From Eledone cirrhosa (lineage: Eukaryota): a stretch of DNA of 64,000 nt. Both the position numbers and the translations under genes were made by a program. Below, piece by piece: positions 12,483 to 24,193 of this stretch; position 1 is the first letter of the stretch, and the number at the start of each line of letters is the position of its first letter. The notes under the pieces were generated by a model, which saw only the letters and a list, made by a program, of their open reading frames with translations, made no database searches and was not told the origin of the DNA. The stretch is from NCBI GenBank assembly GCA_964016885.1, contig OZ024741.1, positions 34,534,001-34,598,000 of the forward strand, written 5' to 3'.

Positions 12483-13329
12483 CTGAAACAGAGACAAATA
12501 AATGAGTATGAAAATAAAAAAAAATAACAAAACAATCATCATCATCATAATCATCATTTTTCAGTTCACTTTTCCATTGTGATATGGGTTGGATGGGATG
12601 TTTTGAGATAATTTCCTATAGCTGGATACCCTTACTTCTTACAATATGCAAGGATATAGTGTACCTATTTTAAAAACTGGGATATACACAGCAAGCATTA
12701 ATTACAAAACATAAAAAAATCCCAAATTCCTTATTATGAGTTTTGAATGTATTTATTTACAGTTGGTTCCCATCGTTATGTGGTTTTGAACATATGTGAT
12801 AAGAAAACATCTTTAAATTCAGAAAAGCTTTAAACTCCTAACATCCAGTTACACATAAAACTGCATTACCTAATGTAAGGTAGAAGACTAACCCCATCTG
12901 CTATCATTCTTTTCCTCAGTGTTCTCACCCTCTACAGAATCTGATGTAAGGCCTCCTATGAAATATTGATGAAACTATGTAATATGACAGCTGCTGCCTG
13001 ATGACATCTGTCACCTCCATACCAGAAATTGGAGTAGGTTGGTTGTTGTTTGGCTGAGAGGGCTGGTACGGTTTTTAAAAACCCGTTTAAATTTAAGCTA
13101 TGGTTGATGTGGGTAGGGTTGAATGTAGGATTATGATTTGTGCTTGCTTGGGATTGTGGATAACATGGGTTTTGTTTACATTCAAGTTGTGGAATGTATG
13201 GTTTTAATTATATATAGGTACTTTTATATGTAGGTTTTGAACATACGTGGTTTTTTAATAATGTGGGAGATGGAAAACCAATTGATATGAGATGTGAGCA
13301 CACAGTAATTATATATATAAACACAAATA

Positions 13330-13972
13330 AATTGAGAGAGAGACTAAGCATAAGAAGTATCAAATATTGTGTGCAGGAGAGGAGATTGCATTAGTATGGA
13401 CATGTGATGCGTTGAAGGACAACAGCTGTATAAAAAAGTGCAGAGCAATGAAAATTGATAGAAGCTACGGAGTGGGTACACCAAGAAAAATCTGGGACAA
13501 AGGGATAAAAACTGACCTTGCTCACTTGCACCGCTCTAAGACAATGTCACTGGATCGAGATCTTTGGTGCTATGCAGTTATATAGAAAACCCGCCTTCCC
13601 TTACATACGAACTTAAACCTACAGTCAGTAGGCACCTCTTAACCCAATATACACCCCACCCCATCCCACACCCCCTACTCCGTCCCCACACTTCTGTCCA
13701 CTGTAAAGTGGTTGTGTAAGTGACACAACAAAAAGTACCCAGTCCACACTGTAATGTGGTCATGTAGGAGACATGGTAAAAGGCTCCCAGTCCACACTGT
13801 AAATGTGGTTGTTGTTAGGAGGGGCATACAGCCATAGAAAACCTGCCAGAAACAGTTTTGTATGAGTGAGACACGGTCACCAAACCAATCTTACCTCAAG
13901 TGGGACAAACCCGTCTAACCCATGCTAGCGTGGAAGATGGATGTTAAACAATGATGATGATGATGAGGATGA
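13330..13972 (+). mobile_element. Older RTE 3' fragment
   Basis: SCIKKCRAMKIDRSYGVGTPRKIWD, 3' UTR and (GAT)n tail. Confidence 0.8.
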
Positions 13973-14015
13973 TATATATATTAGTTAATCCAACTGAGAA
14001 CAATGAATAAAATAC

Positions 14016-14149
14016 CTTCTCAGTGGTGGTATTCACTTTCAGTCTTTTCACAATGTAATCACACAACCAGTTACCGTCTCTGATGTTGTCACAAACCGGG
14101 TGTCCAAGGTCGTTGTTGGCTCGAACATTGTTGAGCAGTTCAGCAATAC
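14016..14149 (-). CDS. AGL: AGL exon (134 nt)
   Basis: cccccag acceptor, gtattt donor. Encodes IAELLNNVRANNDLGHPVCDNIRDGNWLCDYIVKRL. Confidence 0.94.
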
Positions 14150-15197
14150 CTGGGGGAAATATCAGTTAGTCATTCTTATGTAAAAACAGATTTTAAAAAA
14201 ATAATAGATGTAGCGACACAGTAGCTGAGATGGAAGAAATCGATGCAATGTTAACCCTTTTGTTAGACAGCAAAATGGCAGAGCCATTAAAACGTCAGAT
14301 AAAATGGTTTGCCATATTTGTTCTGGCTCTCTGTGCTCTGAGTTCAAATCTCACTGGGGTCAACTTTGCCTTTCATCCCTTCGAGATCAATGATCAAAGT
14401 ACAATCTGGGGTCGATTCTTCCTCTTGCTCACTTCCCCTCCTTCTTCAGAACAAATCGACTGTTCAGATTTGGAGAGAGGACGGGTTCTACCACATTTTT
14501 AAAAAATGCCCAAAACTATGTCACTAAGGCTCCAACAGGAGTTACGGGTCCATACATATAGGGACAAAGTAACTGAGGTGGATGAAATGGCTGTAATATT
14601 AACCCTTTTCTTACCATATTATTGCCTATTATTTTCAAATGATTTTATACCTAATAAAGAATTTGGAAAGATTTAGTAATGTAAATAACTTCCTCAATAT
14701 TAAGCTGGAACATAACTTCATAAAGGTTCTTACATAGCTTTATGGTGGAAGGTTTCTAGATAATATATAAACAATTTAACTCTTTCATTAACATTTTCTA
14801 ATGAAAGCCATTGCCTTTCCCTTACATTTGCTATTTAATGTTATATTTTTTTTCTTTCTTTTCCATTTTTTTTAATATGCAAACATTGATGAATTGTAAA
14901 TTTCTTTCTTTTATCTTTAGATAAAACTTTTATCGTTCATTTGCTGATATGCTGTAATATAACTAACTTTTCCATTATTAAGCTGGTGTTTGGCACATAA
15001 CTTAAACATTCACCATCATCATCATCACTGTTTAATGCCCATTTTCCACACAAGCATGGGTTAGATGAGAATGTTGCGAGACATACCAGATCAAATGACA
15101 ATGTCTTGCTCATACAGAACCATTTCTTGCTTGGTTTCTATGGCTGGATGCCTTTCCTAACATCAACCACATTTATAGAAAATTATGATGGATGGAT

Positions 15198-15580
15198 GGA
15201 AAAGAATGAAATGAAATTTCATTTCTCACTCTTAGTATGGCTGATACTTAAATGTAAGTATGTATATGTACATACATATATGTATACAGATGTACAGTAG
15301 TATGTATATATATATACGTATGTATACGTACATACATATATGTATACAGATGTACAGTAGTATATATATATATATACATACATGCACACATATATATATA
15401 TGTACGTATGGGTTTACCGAACATTTATTATAAAGTTATTTGTTTACAAACAAACCGAACATTATAATAAATGTTCGGTAAACCCATACGTACATATATA
15501 TATGTGTGCATGTATGTATATATATATACATACTACTGTACGTCTGTATACATATATGTATGTACGTATACATACTTACA
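15198..15580. mobile_element. Shorter fold-back copy of the 1499-2314 family (no ribozyme), with 14-bp TSD
   Basis: Shares the terminus GGAAAA.AATGAAA..AAATTTCATTTCTCACTC. Palindrome centred near 15450. TATGATGGATGGAT at 15184-15197 and 15581-15594. Confidence 0.75.
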
Positions 15581-16024
15581 TATGATGGATGGATTTTAGA
15601 TAAAAATCAAGATTTTAAAACAATTTAGTATCATAGAATCAGGACAGTTTCAGAGAGTTTGGTATCAAAGAGGTTAAGTTGCTGGAGCTAAATTCAGTTC
15701 TTCTACTAGCTTCACGTTGCATTCAATAAAAACATTAACTAAGTACCACATTCCTCAATGGATAGATTTATGACAAGAGTGATATTACATTGCAAAATAT
15801 GAATTCTTATATTTCACGCAAAGATACAGAATTTGTGGTACTAACTAGTCCATTAGAGATAAGTCAAATGACCAAATGGTTATCATCATTATCATCATTT
15901 TACATCCACTTTATATGCTGGCATGGGTTGGATGGGTTGTCACAGTTTGAAACTAGATGGGTTAGGCAACCATATCTTGCTTGTGTGTTCTATTTGTAGC
16001 TGAATACCCTTGCTAATACCAAGC

Positions 16025-16335
16025 ACTTTATAGAGTGTACTGGATGCATTTGATCATGGCACCAACACTATTAATTTACATAATGTACTGGGTGCATTTT
16101 ATTGTGATACCAGCAGACCTACTTCACAGAGTGTAGACTACATTTTATCATAGCACCAGCACTACCTCTTCACAGAGAGTACAGGGGTTATTTTATCATG
16201 GCAACATTAACACCCCTTTACAGAGTGTACTGGGTGCATTTTATTGTGGAACCAGCACAACTACTTTACAGAGTGTACTGGGTGTATGTTATCATGGCAC
16301 CATCATTATTACTTTACAGAATGTGCTGCGTGTAT
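16025..16335. repeat. Degenerate tandem repeat with a unit of about 47 bp; also at 10245-10440 and 17650-17790
   Basis: Unit approximates TTTACAGAGTGTACTGGGTGCATTTTATCATGGCACCAGCACTACCAC and resembles the RTE 3' UTR repeat. Confidence 0.75.
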
Positions 16336-16374
16336 TTTTTAATGTGAAATAAAAGAACTGAAAATGCTAATTAC

Positions 16375-16640
16375 CCTGGAGGCCACAGTAGTTTAAGCGC
16401 CCATATCTAGGTATGTCATAGGAGCTTATACCATGTCCCTCATTCTCCTCTTCTTGAGCCACACGATACATAGCACGGTTAAGGCCATCAAAGTTCAAAT
16501 TGGCCACAATGTCTCGGAAACTACTAGACTCTTTATTAAACAGGGAACGTCCACTGTAAGATCTCAAAAGATAACCAAATTCATTGAGATAACTTCTCAC
16601 TTTGAGGATACTGTCTTTTGCATGTACTGGAAGAGATATT
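16375..16640 (-). CDS. AGL: AGL exon (266 nt)
   Basis: tctag acceptor, gtaatt donor. Encodes ISLPVHAKDSILKVR...LNRAMYR...YDIPRYGRLNYCGLQ. Confidence 0.93.
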
Positions 16641-17139
16641 CTAGAAGAATATGAAAAGAGATAGTGTTAGTAATTACTAAGAGATTGCTGCAAGAACAAT
16701 CACTGAACAAATACAACAATAAGCATTTCAAAGTTATTTTTCATGTTAAAACAGGGGTTATTCTTGTGGTCCTCTTGTCACGCTTCTCCATTTTGCCCCT
16801 ATTGTTTGCACTATCCCCTTATCAAGCCCATGACTTTCATTTCCCTTTCCATCATCATCTTTAACTATGTCTTTCTTGATCTTCTTCCTCTAATTCTTTT
16901 CACATTTATTTCCATCACTCCTCTCTCCCAGTTACTTTCATCCTTCCTCAACACATGATCCAACCATCTCATTTCAATTCTCTTCACAACATTCATCACT
17001 GGCTCTATTCCCATTATCCACTGCAATTCACTGTTGTCTTCCTCTCTCTGAGTGATACTCAGCTTATCAACTGAACCATTCTAACCACAGAATAAGTAAT
17101 GATGGAACATTAGTAATATGAGGAATAAAACATATCATA

Positions 17140-17640
17140 AAACCTGCTTTTTGCTCATATAGAGAAATCCTTTGTTTGTCAACAGGGGTAGTAGCTCCCT
17201 GAACCTTTTCCATCCTATTCTTAATCTAGCTACAATACTTTCAGAGCAACCACTGCTATTGCTAATTAGGTTACCTAAGTAACAGAACCTTTCAACTCCT
17301 TCCATAGTAAATTCCTGAGATTGGAAAAAGTTTATTTCACTGTTGCTCTTCAATTAACTATCTCTGTGCATCTGCCACATACAAAATACACTTTTAACTT
17401 GCTGACTACTTCACTACATCTCTTGTGTCCATATTTTACATTGTGTACCTCATAGAGTACTTACCTACTCTTTTTCTACATATCAATCCCTGAAGGGATT
17501 GGGTCTTGTCTCCTGTCTTACTCTCTAAGAGCTTAGTTTTTCTGAAGTTTTCCCTAAGCCTTTTTGATTCTAATTTCTGTTTCCACATCAGTTTTTTTTG
17601 CTTTTTTTTGCATGATATCAAAAGCTGGATGCCCTTTTTA
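17140..17640 (-). mobile_element. Degraded RTE RT fragment
   Basis: VERFCYLGNLIS...GCSESIVARLRIGWKRFRELLPLL. Confidence 0.7.
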
Positions 17641-17991
17641 ATGTCAACCACCTTACAGAGTGTACTGGGTGTATTTTATCATTGCACCATCACTAAACCT
17701 TTATAGAGTGCATTGGATGTATTTGAGTGTGGTACCAACATTATTGCTTTAGAGAATGTACTGGGTGCATTTTATTGTGGCCGCCAATACTCGTGAGTTT
17801 GCCTTGGATCTTGTAAAACTGGGGGACGGGTTCTCATTACACAATGTTGTCTATGCCCATTCACAACATGTGATCCAATGATGGGGAGAGCAGGTGAATA
17901 GAAGAGGGTACATAACAGAAAGTTATCACATGGTTATTTTGAAAAGATACAAAAAAAGAAGTAAAAAAAAACCAACATAATTTTAACTCAC

Positions 17992-18214
17992 TTGATTGCA
18001 ATAACGCTGCTGGGTGGGAAATTCTTGAAATTTATATGAACGCCATGTTTATCAGATGTTGAAACACTGATCATTTCACTGTAATTGATTTTGATATGCT
18101 CAACCAGCTTAAGTCGATAGTCAGGTAAGCCATTGATGTGCTCATGGTCCATACGATACTCACTGCCTTCTTTGTGAAGCAGTTTCATTTCAAATATGAT
18201 TTCCTCCACAACAC
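17992..18214 (-). CDS. AGL: AGL exon (223 nt)
   Basis: aatag acceptor, gtgagt donor. Encodes VVEEIIFE...HINGLPDY...FKNFPPSSVIAI. Confidence 0.92.
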
Positions 18215-19029
18215 CTATTTATGAAAAATAAATAAATAAATATCAAGTCAAATTGTCAAATTAAATCAAGGAAGAGAACCATGTTTCCATTGGTCTTTCC
18301 ATTGCTGATAATACCTAGCAGTTGAAATTCCTGGTAGAAGTGTCATCATTTCATCCAGTGACATGAGGTGGGATTTGTATTCAGAACACACACAGCCAGA
18401 ACAGAACAGATAGTGCAAGGCATTTATCTGTGGCTTTAACAATTCTGACAATCTGCCATCTCTGGTCCCTGGATAGTTACTTTATTTATCAACTCTGAAA
18501 GGATGACAGGCTAAATTGACCTTGGCAGGATTTGAACTTAGAGTGCCAAGAGCAAGAACAAATACTTGTCATCACTGGCAGCTCCCCCAACTGAGGTAAC
18601 TGGTGATGCTCATGAAGGTGTTTGGCTATTCCAGCACATCAGCCTCGCAATCACCTGAGGTAACACTTTGGGCATGCTGGCTTGTCTCAAAAATTATTAG
18701 AGAGGTTTTCCAGTGCTCCTCGTGATATCGTTATCTTTTGTTCTGGCAGCAGTTTGCTTGCCTTTGTTGTATGTGGTCTTACATGTGTGTATTACCTGCT
18801 TGTGCTTTTTTCTTTTCTTTTTTTTTATTTGTAATATTATTTATACAATTTGTAATGTTATTTATATAACTGTAAATAAAACTACGTTTTCTTTTTTAAC
18901 TGATAAAAAAAAATACTGAAACATTTAATTCAACATTTTAAGGACTGCCTATTCACCATCTTATAAATAAAGTAATCCAGAATTACTAACAAATAAAGAT
19001 ATAACAAAAGATTATTTGATACAATTGCA

Positions 19030-19616
19030 TTGAAAGACGACAGCTGTATAAAAAAGTGCAGGGCGATCAAAATTGATGGAAGTTACGGAGTAGGCAGACC
19101 CAGAAAAACCTGGGACGATTTGATAAATTCCGACCTTACACACTTACACCTCTCTAAAACAATGTCACTGGGCCAAGATCTTTGGCGCTACCCAATAATA
19201 CAGAAGACCCGCCTTGTCTAAGTACAAAGCAAAACCTACAGTCAGTAGGTACCTCATAATCAAATATACACCCCATCCCACTACCTCAATTCCCCCCCCC
19301 CCCATCAACACCACCCCTTTCTCTGTAAAGTTATGTTGGTACCACAACATCCAGACCTAAATAAATGAGGTTGTGTAGGTGTCATGACAAAAAAACACAC
19401 AGTCCACGCTGTAATGTGGCCGTGTAGGTAACACGGTAAAAACCTCCCAGTCCACACTGTAAACGTGGTTGGTGTTAGGAAGGGCATCCAGCCGTAGAAA
19501 ACCTGCCAGATAGTCCTATACGAGCAAGACAACCAATCTTGCCTCAAGTGGGATAATTCCCGTCTGAACCCATGCTAGCGTGGAAGATAGATGTTAAACG
19601 ATGATGATGATGATCA
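19030..19616 (+). mobile_element. RTE 3' fragment
   Basis: KDDSCIKKCRAIKIDGSYGVGRPRKTWDD, 3' UTR and (GAT)n tail. Confidence 0.82.
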
Positions 19617-20560
19617 TCATCATCACTAACATTGGTTACATCACTCACATATCAGCACAGATTTGGTGAAAATTCAAAAAAAACATTATCTAACTTTTGA
19701 TTGGTTAATCCATAAAGTTTTATGGAGGAGTAGAAAGACATTTATGCTGATGTGACACAACAACGACAATAACAAAAACACTGCTTTTGTTGTTGTTGTT
19801 TCCTTATGATGACTGCTATAGCATACATCACTTCTTTCTTCTCCACTAAACTATATTGATGAACCAATCAAAAGTCAGCATTTTCGAAAATGTGATCTTC
19901 TAGCTCATTTGAATTCATTTCATAGCTTGACTCTTTTGATACCAACCTGCCTCAAACAGCATATGGTTTTATTATAGAAAACAGCTCATTTAAAAGTGTA
20001 CCTCCAAAAATCAGTTTAATAATGAAAAAGTTAGTTATCAACAAATAATCTTATTAGTTATTTTACTCAACTCTTCCAATTCCAAAATTAATTGAAGCAG
20101 TGTGTTTCATTAGAAATATGTTAGTGATGGTTGTCTTTGGATTAATTCTGAAATTTACTGGAGAGATGCTGTACTGAGGACTTGTCCAACCTATGCAAGC
20201 ATGGAAAAGCAGATGTAAAAATGATGATGATGATGATGATATATAAATATTTATAAATGGAGACAATATAGGTATAGGGACAATATATGGTAGAAATGAA
20301 ATGAGATAGCTGAGTAATGTGTTGAGGAAGGATGAAAGTGACTGGGTGAATGGAATTAAATATGGAAGGAAGTAGAGGAAGGGAAAGACTAAGAAACAAT
20401 ATGGCTTAAAATGATGGAGCAGGAAATGAAAGTGAGAGGGTAGATAAGGAAGAAACCTGTCATGGGGCCCACATGGCTAACCCATGTTTTAGCAGGGGAA
20501 ATGGCCTTAAAATGTTGTTTGTGACACCAAATATAAATAAAAGGTTTTGGGGGATCTTAC

Positions 20561-20714
20561 CTGGCAAATGAATGGATCGAATATGAGAACCATTATTACT
20601 TGGGTCCTTTGGAAAACTAAAGGCAGTGCGGGCAATCAAGACAACGGATTCATGATTTGAAGGGTTATGTCTTGTAACAGACACAACATCTCCCTCAATT
20701 TGGTCAACGAATGT
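20561..20714 (-). CDS. AGL: AGL exon (154 nt)
   Basis: tttag acceptor, gtaag donor. Encodes TFVDQIEGDVVSVTRHNPSNHESVVLIARTAF...IHLP. Confidence 0.93.
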
Positions 20715-22170
20715 CTAAATAATAAAACAAAAGATATTTAATGTAAGCAGAGACATTTACATCATGAATTCTTCTAGTTTTATTTCTGATAACAGATAGA
20801 ATAAGTAATATTCAGCTTCTGCAGCAAATCATAACAAAATTATGCTTATGCATTATATATATATATATATAAATCAGAATGAATGCAGTAAAAACCAGCT
20901 AGACCATTACTCACCAGAGTACTCGATACTTGGGGTAGTAGAGTGGGTAATATGAAGGATTCGGGACCCCAACAGCTGAGCCCTTATCGTTTCAACAGAT
21001 AGATTCGAACCATTATATATATATATGATGATGATGATGATCATCATCATCTACACAATTGCACCTCTCAAAGGTAAAGACACTGGATCGAGATCTCTGG
21101 CGTTATGCAGTACTGCAGAAGACCTGCCTTTCAATGTGCATGTGATGAAGCAACATCTAGTAGTCTATAGTATGCACTATGCACCACTTCTTCCAACCCT
21201 TCCATACACCTACCCATGCCTTAACACTCCACCCCACCTTTCACCAGCTAAGTACCCCACCCTAGACCTACCTCTTCAATCCCCACCCCACTTTCAACTT
21301 CTGAGGCTCCTCCCTTGACAAACCCATATATACAAGCATGGAGTGATGAACAGGTTCTCCCACAATGCTGCTGAAATGGCTAAAGGTGCTCAGCCCACCC
21401 CGTAAGGAGGTCATGCTGGTGACACACCAAAAGCCCAAATCCACCATGTAAGGTGCTCATGTTGAAGCCATGACAAAAGAGCACCTAGTTCTTGATGATG
21501 AGGATTCCAATGATTCCCTCAACCACAATGGATATTCCAATGTTTTCTATGATATACAACAGAGGCTAACATATACTTAAGATTTAATAACAAAACAACT
21601 AGTTTCATTTACTTAAAAATATTTTGTGTCATTCGCAATATTACTCCTTACTTATGTATTTAAGCTGATGCAATTGGTCCACTTTTAGTTATTTCCCCTT
21701 AGCTCATTTTATTTTCTAATCTAATGCATGTAATGTCACAATATTGAACTTGTTAATAGATATTTACTAGTGATGAAATTAAACATGAAAATCTCCTGCT
21801 TTTACCCTTTTGCTACCAAACTACTGAAACCACCACTTGATCTATGATACAAGACTGTTTATTTGAAAATGTATATGTTCAAGTAAAACTCTTCCATCAT
21901 AATTTTATGTAAGAACCCTTGTAAAATAAATTTCCAAACTAGCTTAATAATGAGAAAGTTAGTTATCTTGATTATTCTCAAAATTATTTTAAAATCATAG
22001 GGAGTGTTATTTACATAAATCATAACAAACGGGCTAATTACAACATCTCTCTCTCCTCCTCATTGTTTCTATTCTCTATTTTATTTCATTTTATATTTTT
22101 GTAACATAACAATGGAAAATCTACAAATGTATGTTCACAAGGAAATTCAAAAGAATTTAGAAAGACTTAC

Positions 22171-22320
22171 CTGATTGTAGCCAGAACTGGCCAGAAAATA
22201 ATGAAGTTGATTCAGAACCTTTTTCCCTATCATAATTCCACTGTTCAAGCCAGCTGTAGAATTATCGGTACTGCGAGCAGCAAAGATTGGATACAAACGG
22301 GCTTCATTAACTACATGAAT
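22171..22320 (-). CDS. AGL: AGL exon (150 nt)
   Basis: ttacag acceptor, gtaagt donor. Encodes IHVVNEARLY...GIMIGKKVLNQLHYFLASSGYNQ. Confidence 0.92.
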
Positions 22321-22691
22321 CTGTAAGATAAAAAGGAAACATTTGTGAAGGGTGGCAGTGGAACTGTGTCAGTCAGTGACCAGATCAAAAACAATGCTAC
22401 AAAAGTTTAACACCTAGAAATAGATGATAAATGTAAAGTGAATTAGACAGATTAAATGGGGGTGGGGTTCCCTTGTTTTTTTTTTCCAGCTTAATAATGA
22501 GAAAGTTAGTTATATTAGTAAATTCCTCAAAATGTTTAGTTATTTTCAATATCATTTGAAAATCATAAGCAGTGTCTTTCCTTAGAAATATGATAAACAA
22601 AGTAACTATAAAGAAAAGTGTAAAATTTTAAACATGTCCTGTGAAAGAAATTAACCAATTTACTGTACAACATCTAGATATCTACACTTAC

Positions 22692-22793
22692 ATGATGAGG
22701 TACCAATTCATCATAACCACGATTGCTTCCTGAGGCACAACAAGCCATTGACACCAAAGCAGTATTTGGGAGGACATCGTAGACACTGCGTTT
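22692..22793 (-). CDS. AGL: AGL exon (102 nt)
   Basis: ttcag acceptor, gtaagt donor. Encodes [34 protein letters not shown] (translated by hand). Confidence 0.94.
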
Positions 22794-24193
22794 CTGAAAA
22801 TAGATAAATGCAAAAGAAACTGGAATCAAACAAGGTAAACAAAACACAAACAAACAAAAATAATATTTTCTAAACCAGTAAAATTTTGTAAGAGTACAAA
22901 TAGCAAATTAGTATTACTTCTGACTGTTTGACTCAAAATCCTATTGAGGTCAACTTCTTTCATTCTTCCAAGGTTGATAAAATAACAGTTTTCCTCTTCT
23001 GATAAAGCCATAGAAAAAACAGTTGTCTGCTTGATTAATCCTTTAGCATTTAAACCGGTTATATCTGGCCAGGATCCGGCTGTATCTGGCCAGAATTCTC
23101 TCACCTCTTTCTGTTCAAACCAGCCATAACCGGCTGCTCATACTGAAAATCTCATAGATTCGATATTATGTGAGATAATTATGTGAGGTAAAGCCTTTAC
23201 TGTGAAAATACAATAGTATATATAGAGTAATGTAAATGCTAAATGGTTAAGCAGAATTTATGCTCACTTACTCAACACATGGCCCTAATTACATTGTGTC
23301 CTAACTGACTTATCTTAATACTATTAATACTACAAGCTACTAAGACAATACCACTCCTACTTAATCCAATCACCTACCATCATACCTATTTTTTTTTTAA
23401 TTTCTTTTCATTTCTTTTTACAAAACATTTTTCTCTATTTTTCCAGTTCAGAACAGGAATTTCTCCAGTTGCTTCTGTGGCCTAATCAGTTTGAAACCAG
23501 CAACAATACAGATTAAATACCAATTGATTTAAGTCCCATTAGGGTAGTCATTAGTAGTTCTCCTGCAGATCCATCTATCCATCCATTCATGGGCTCTTAA
23601 CTCCTGATGGAGTCATAATGGCACCATCACGATATACTTGGGGATCTAAACCTGGTGGAGTCCACCCCTCTAGTGGTTTGAACAGACGATTTCATCCAGA
23701 GAAAGTGGGAGAATGAGAGAAAGTGATATATACAGATATAGAAAAAGAATATTCCCTCATACTAGACTGGTACTTTATTTATTGAACTCAAAAGAATGAA
23801 AGGTAAAGTTAAACTTGGTGGGATTTGAACACAGAATGCAGACAGTTGGAATGAACACCACAAATCATTTTATACGATATTGTATAAGTGTGTCAATTCA
23901 CCCACCTCTCTTGCAGTTGCTGTCTAAAGAATAATAAATAAATAGATAAACAAGGCCACAAACTAATATGCAAAAGTACAATACATATAAGAACAGATGT
24001 ATGAGAAATTTAATAAAAAAATATAGCTTAGATGTAGAGGGAGTATGTTTCTTCTAATAATTATTTCCACTTAAAAACAGAGTATGAAATGGTATAATAA
24101 TAATATTGTGTAAAGTGCTCAGGTGCACTACAACTCGTCAATATAGTACATAGAATAATACACAAATGTCAGGGAAGTACATGTTTGTATGTG

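Noticed and set aside
16025-16335. Regularly spaced repeats of about 47 bp, superficially CRISPR-like
   Set aside because: The whole unit is repeated with no unique spacers, there are no cas genes, the context is a eukaryotic intron, and the unit resembles the RTE 3' UTR.
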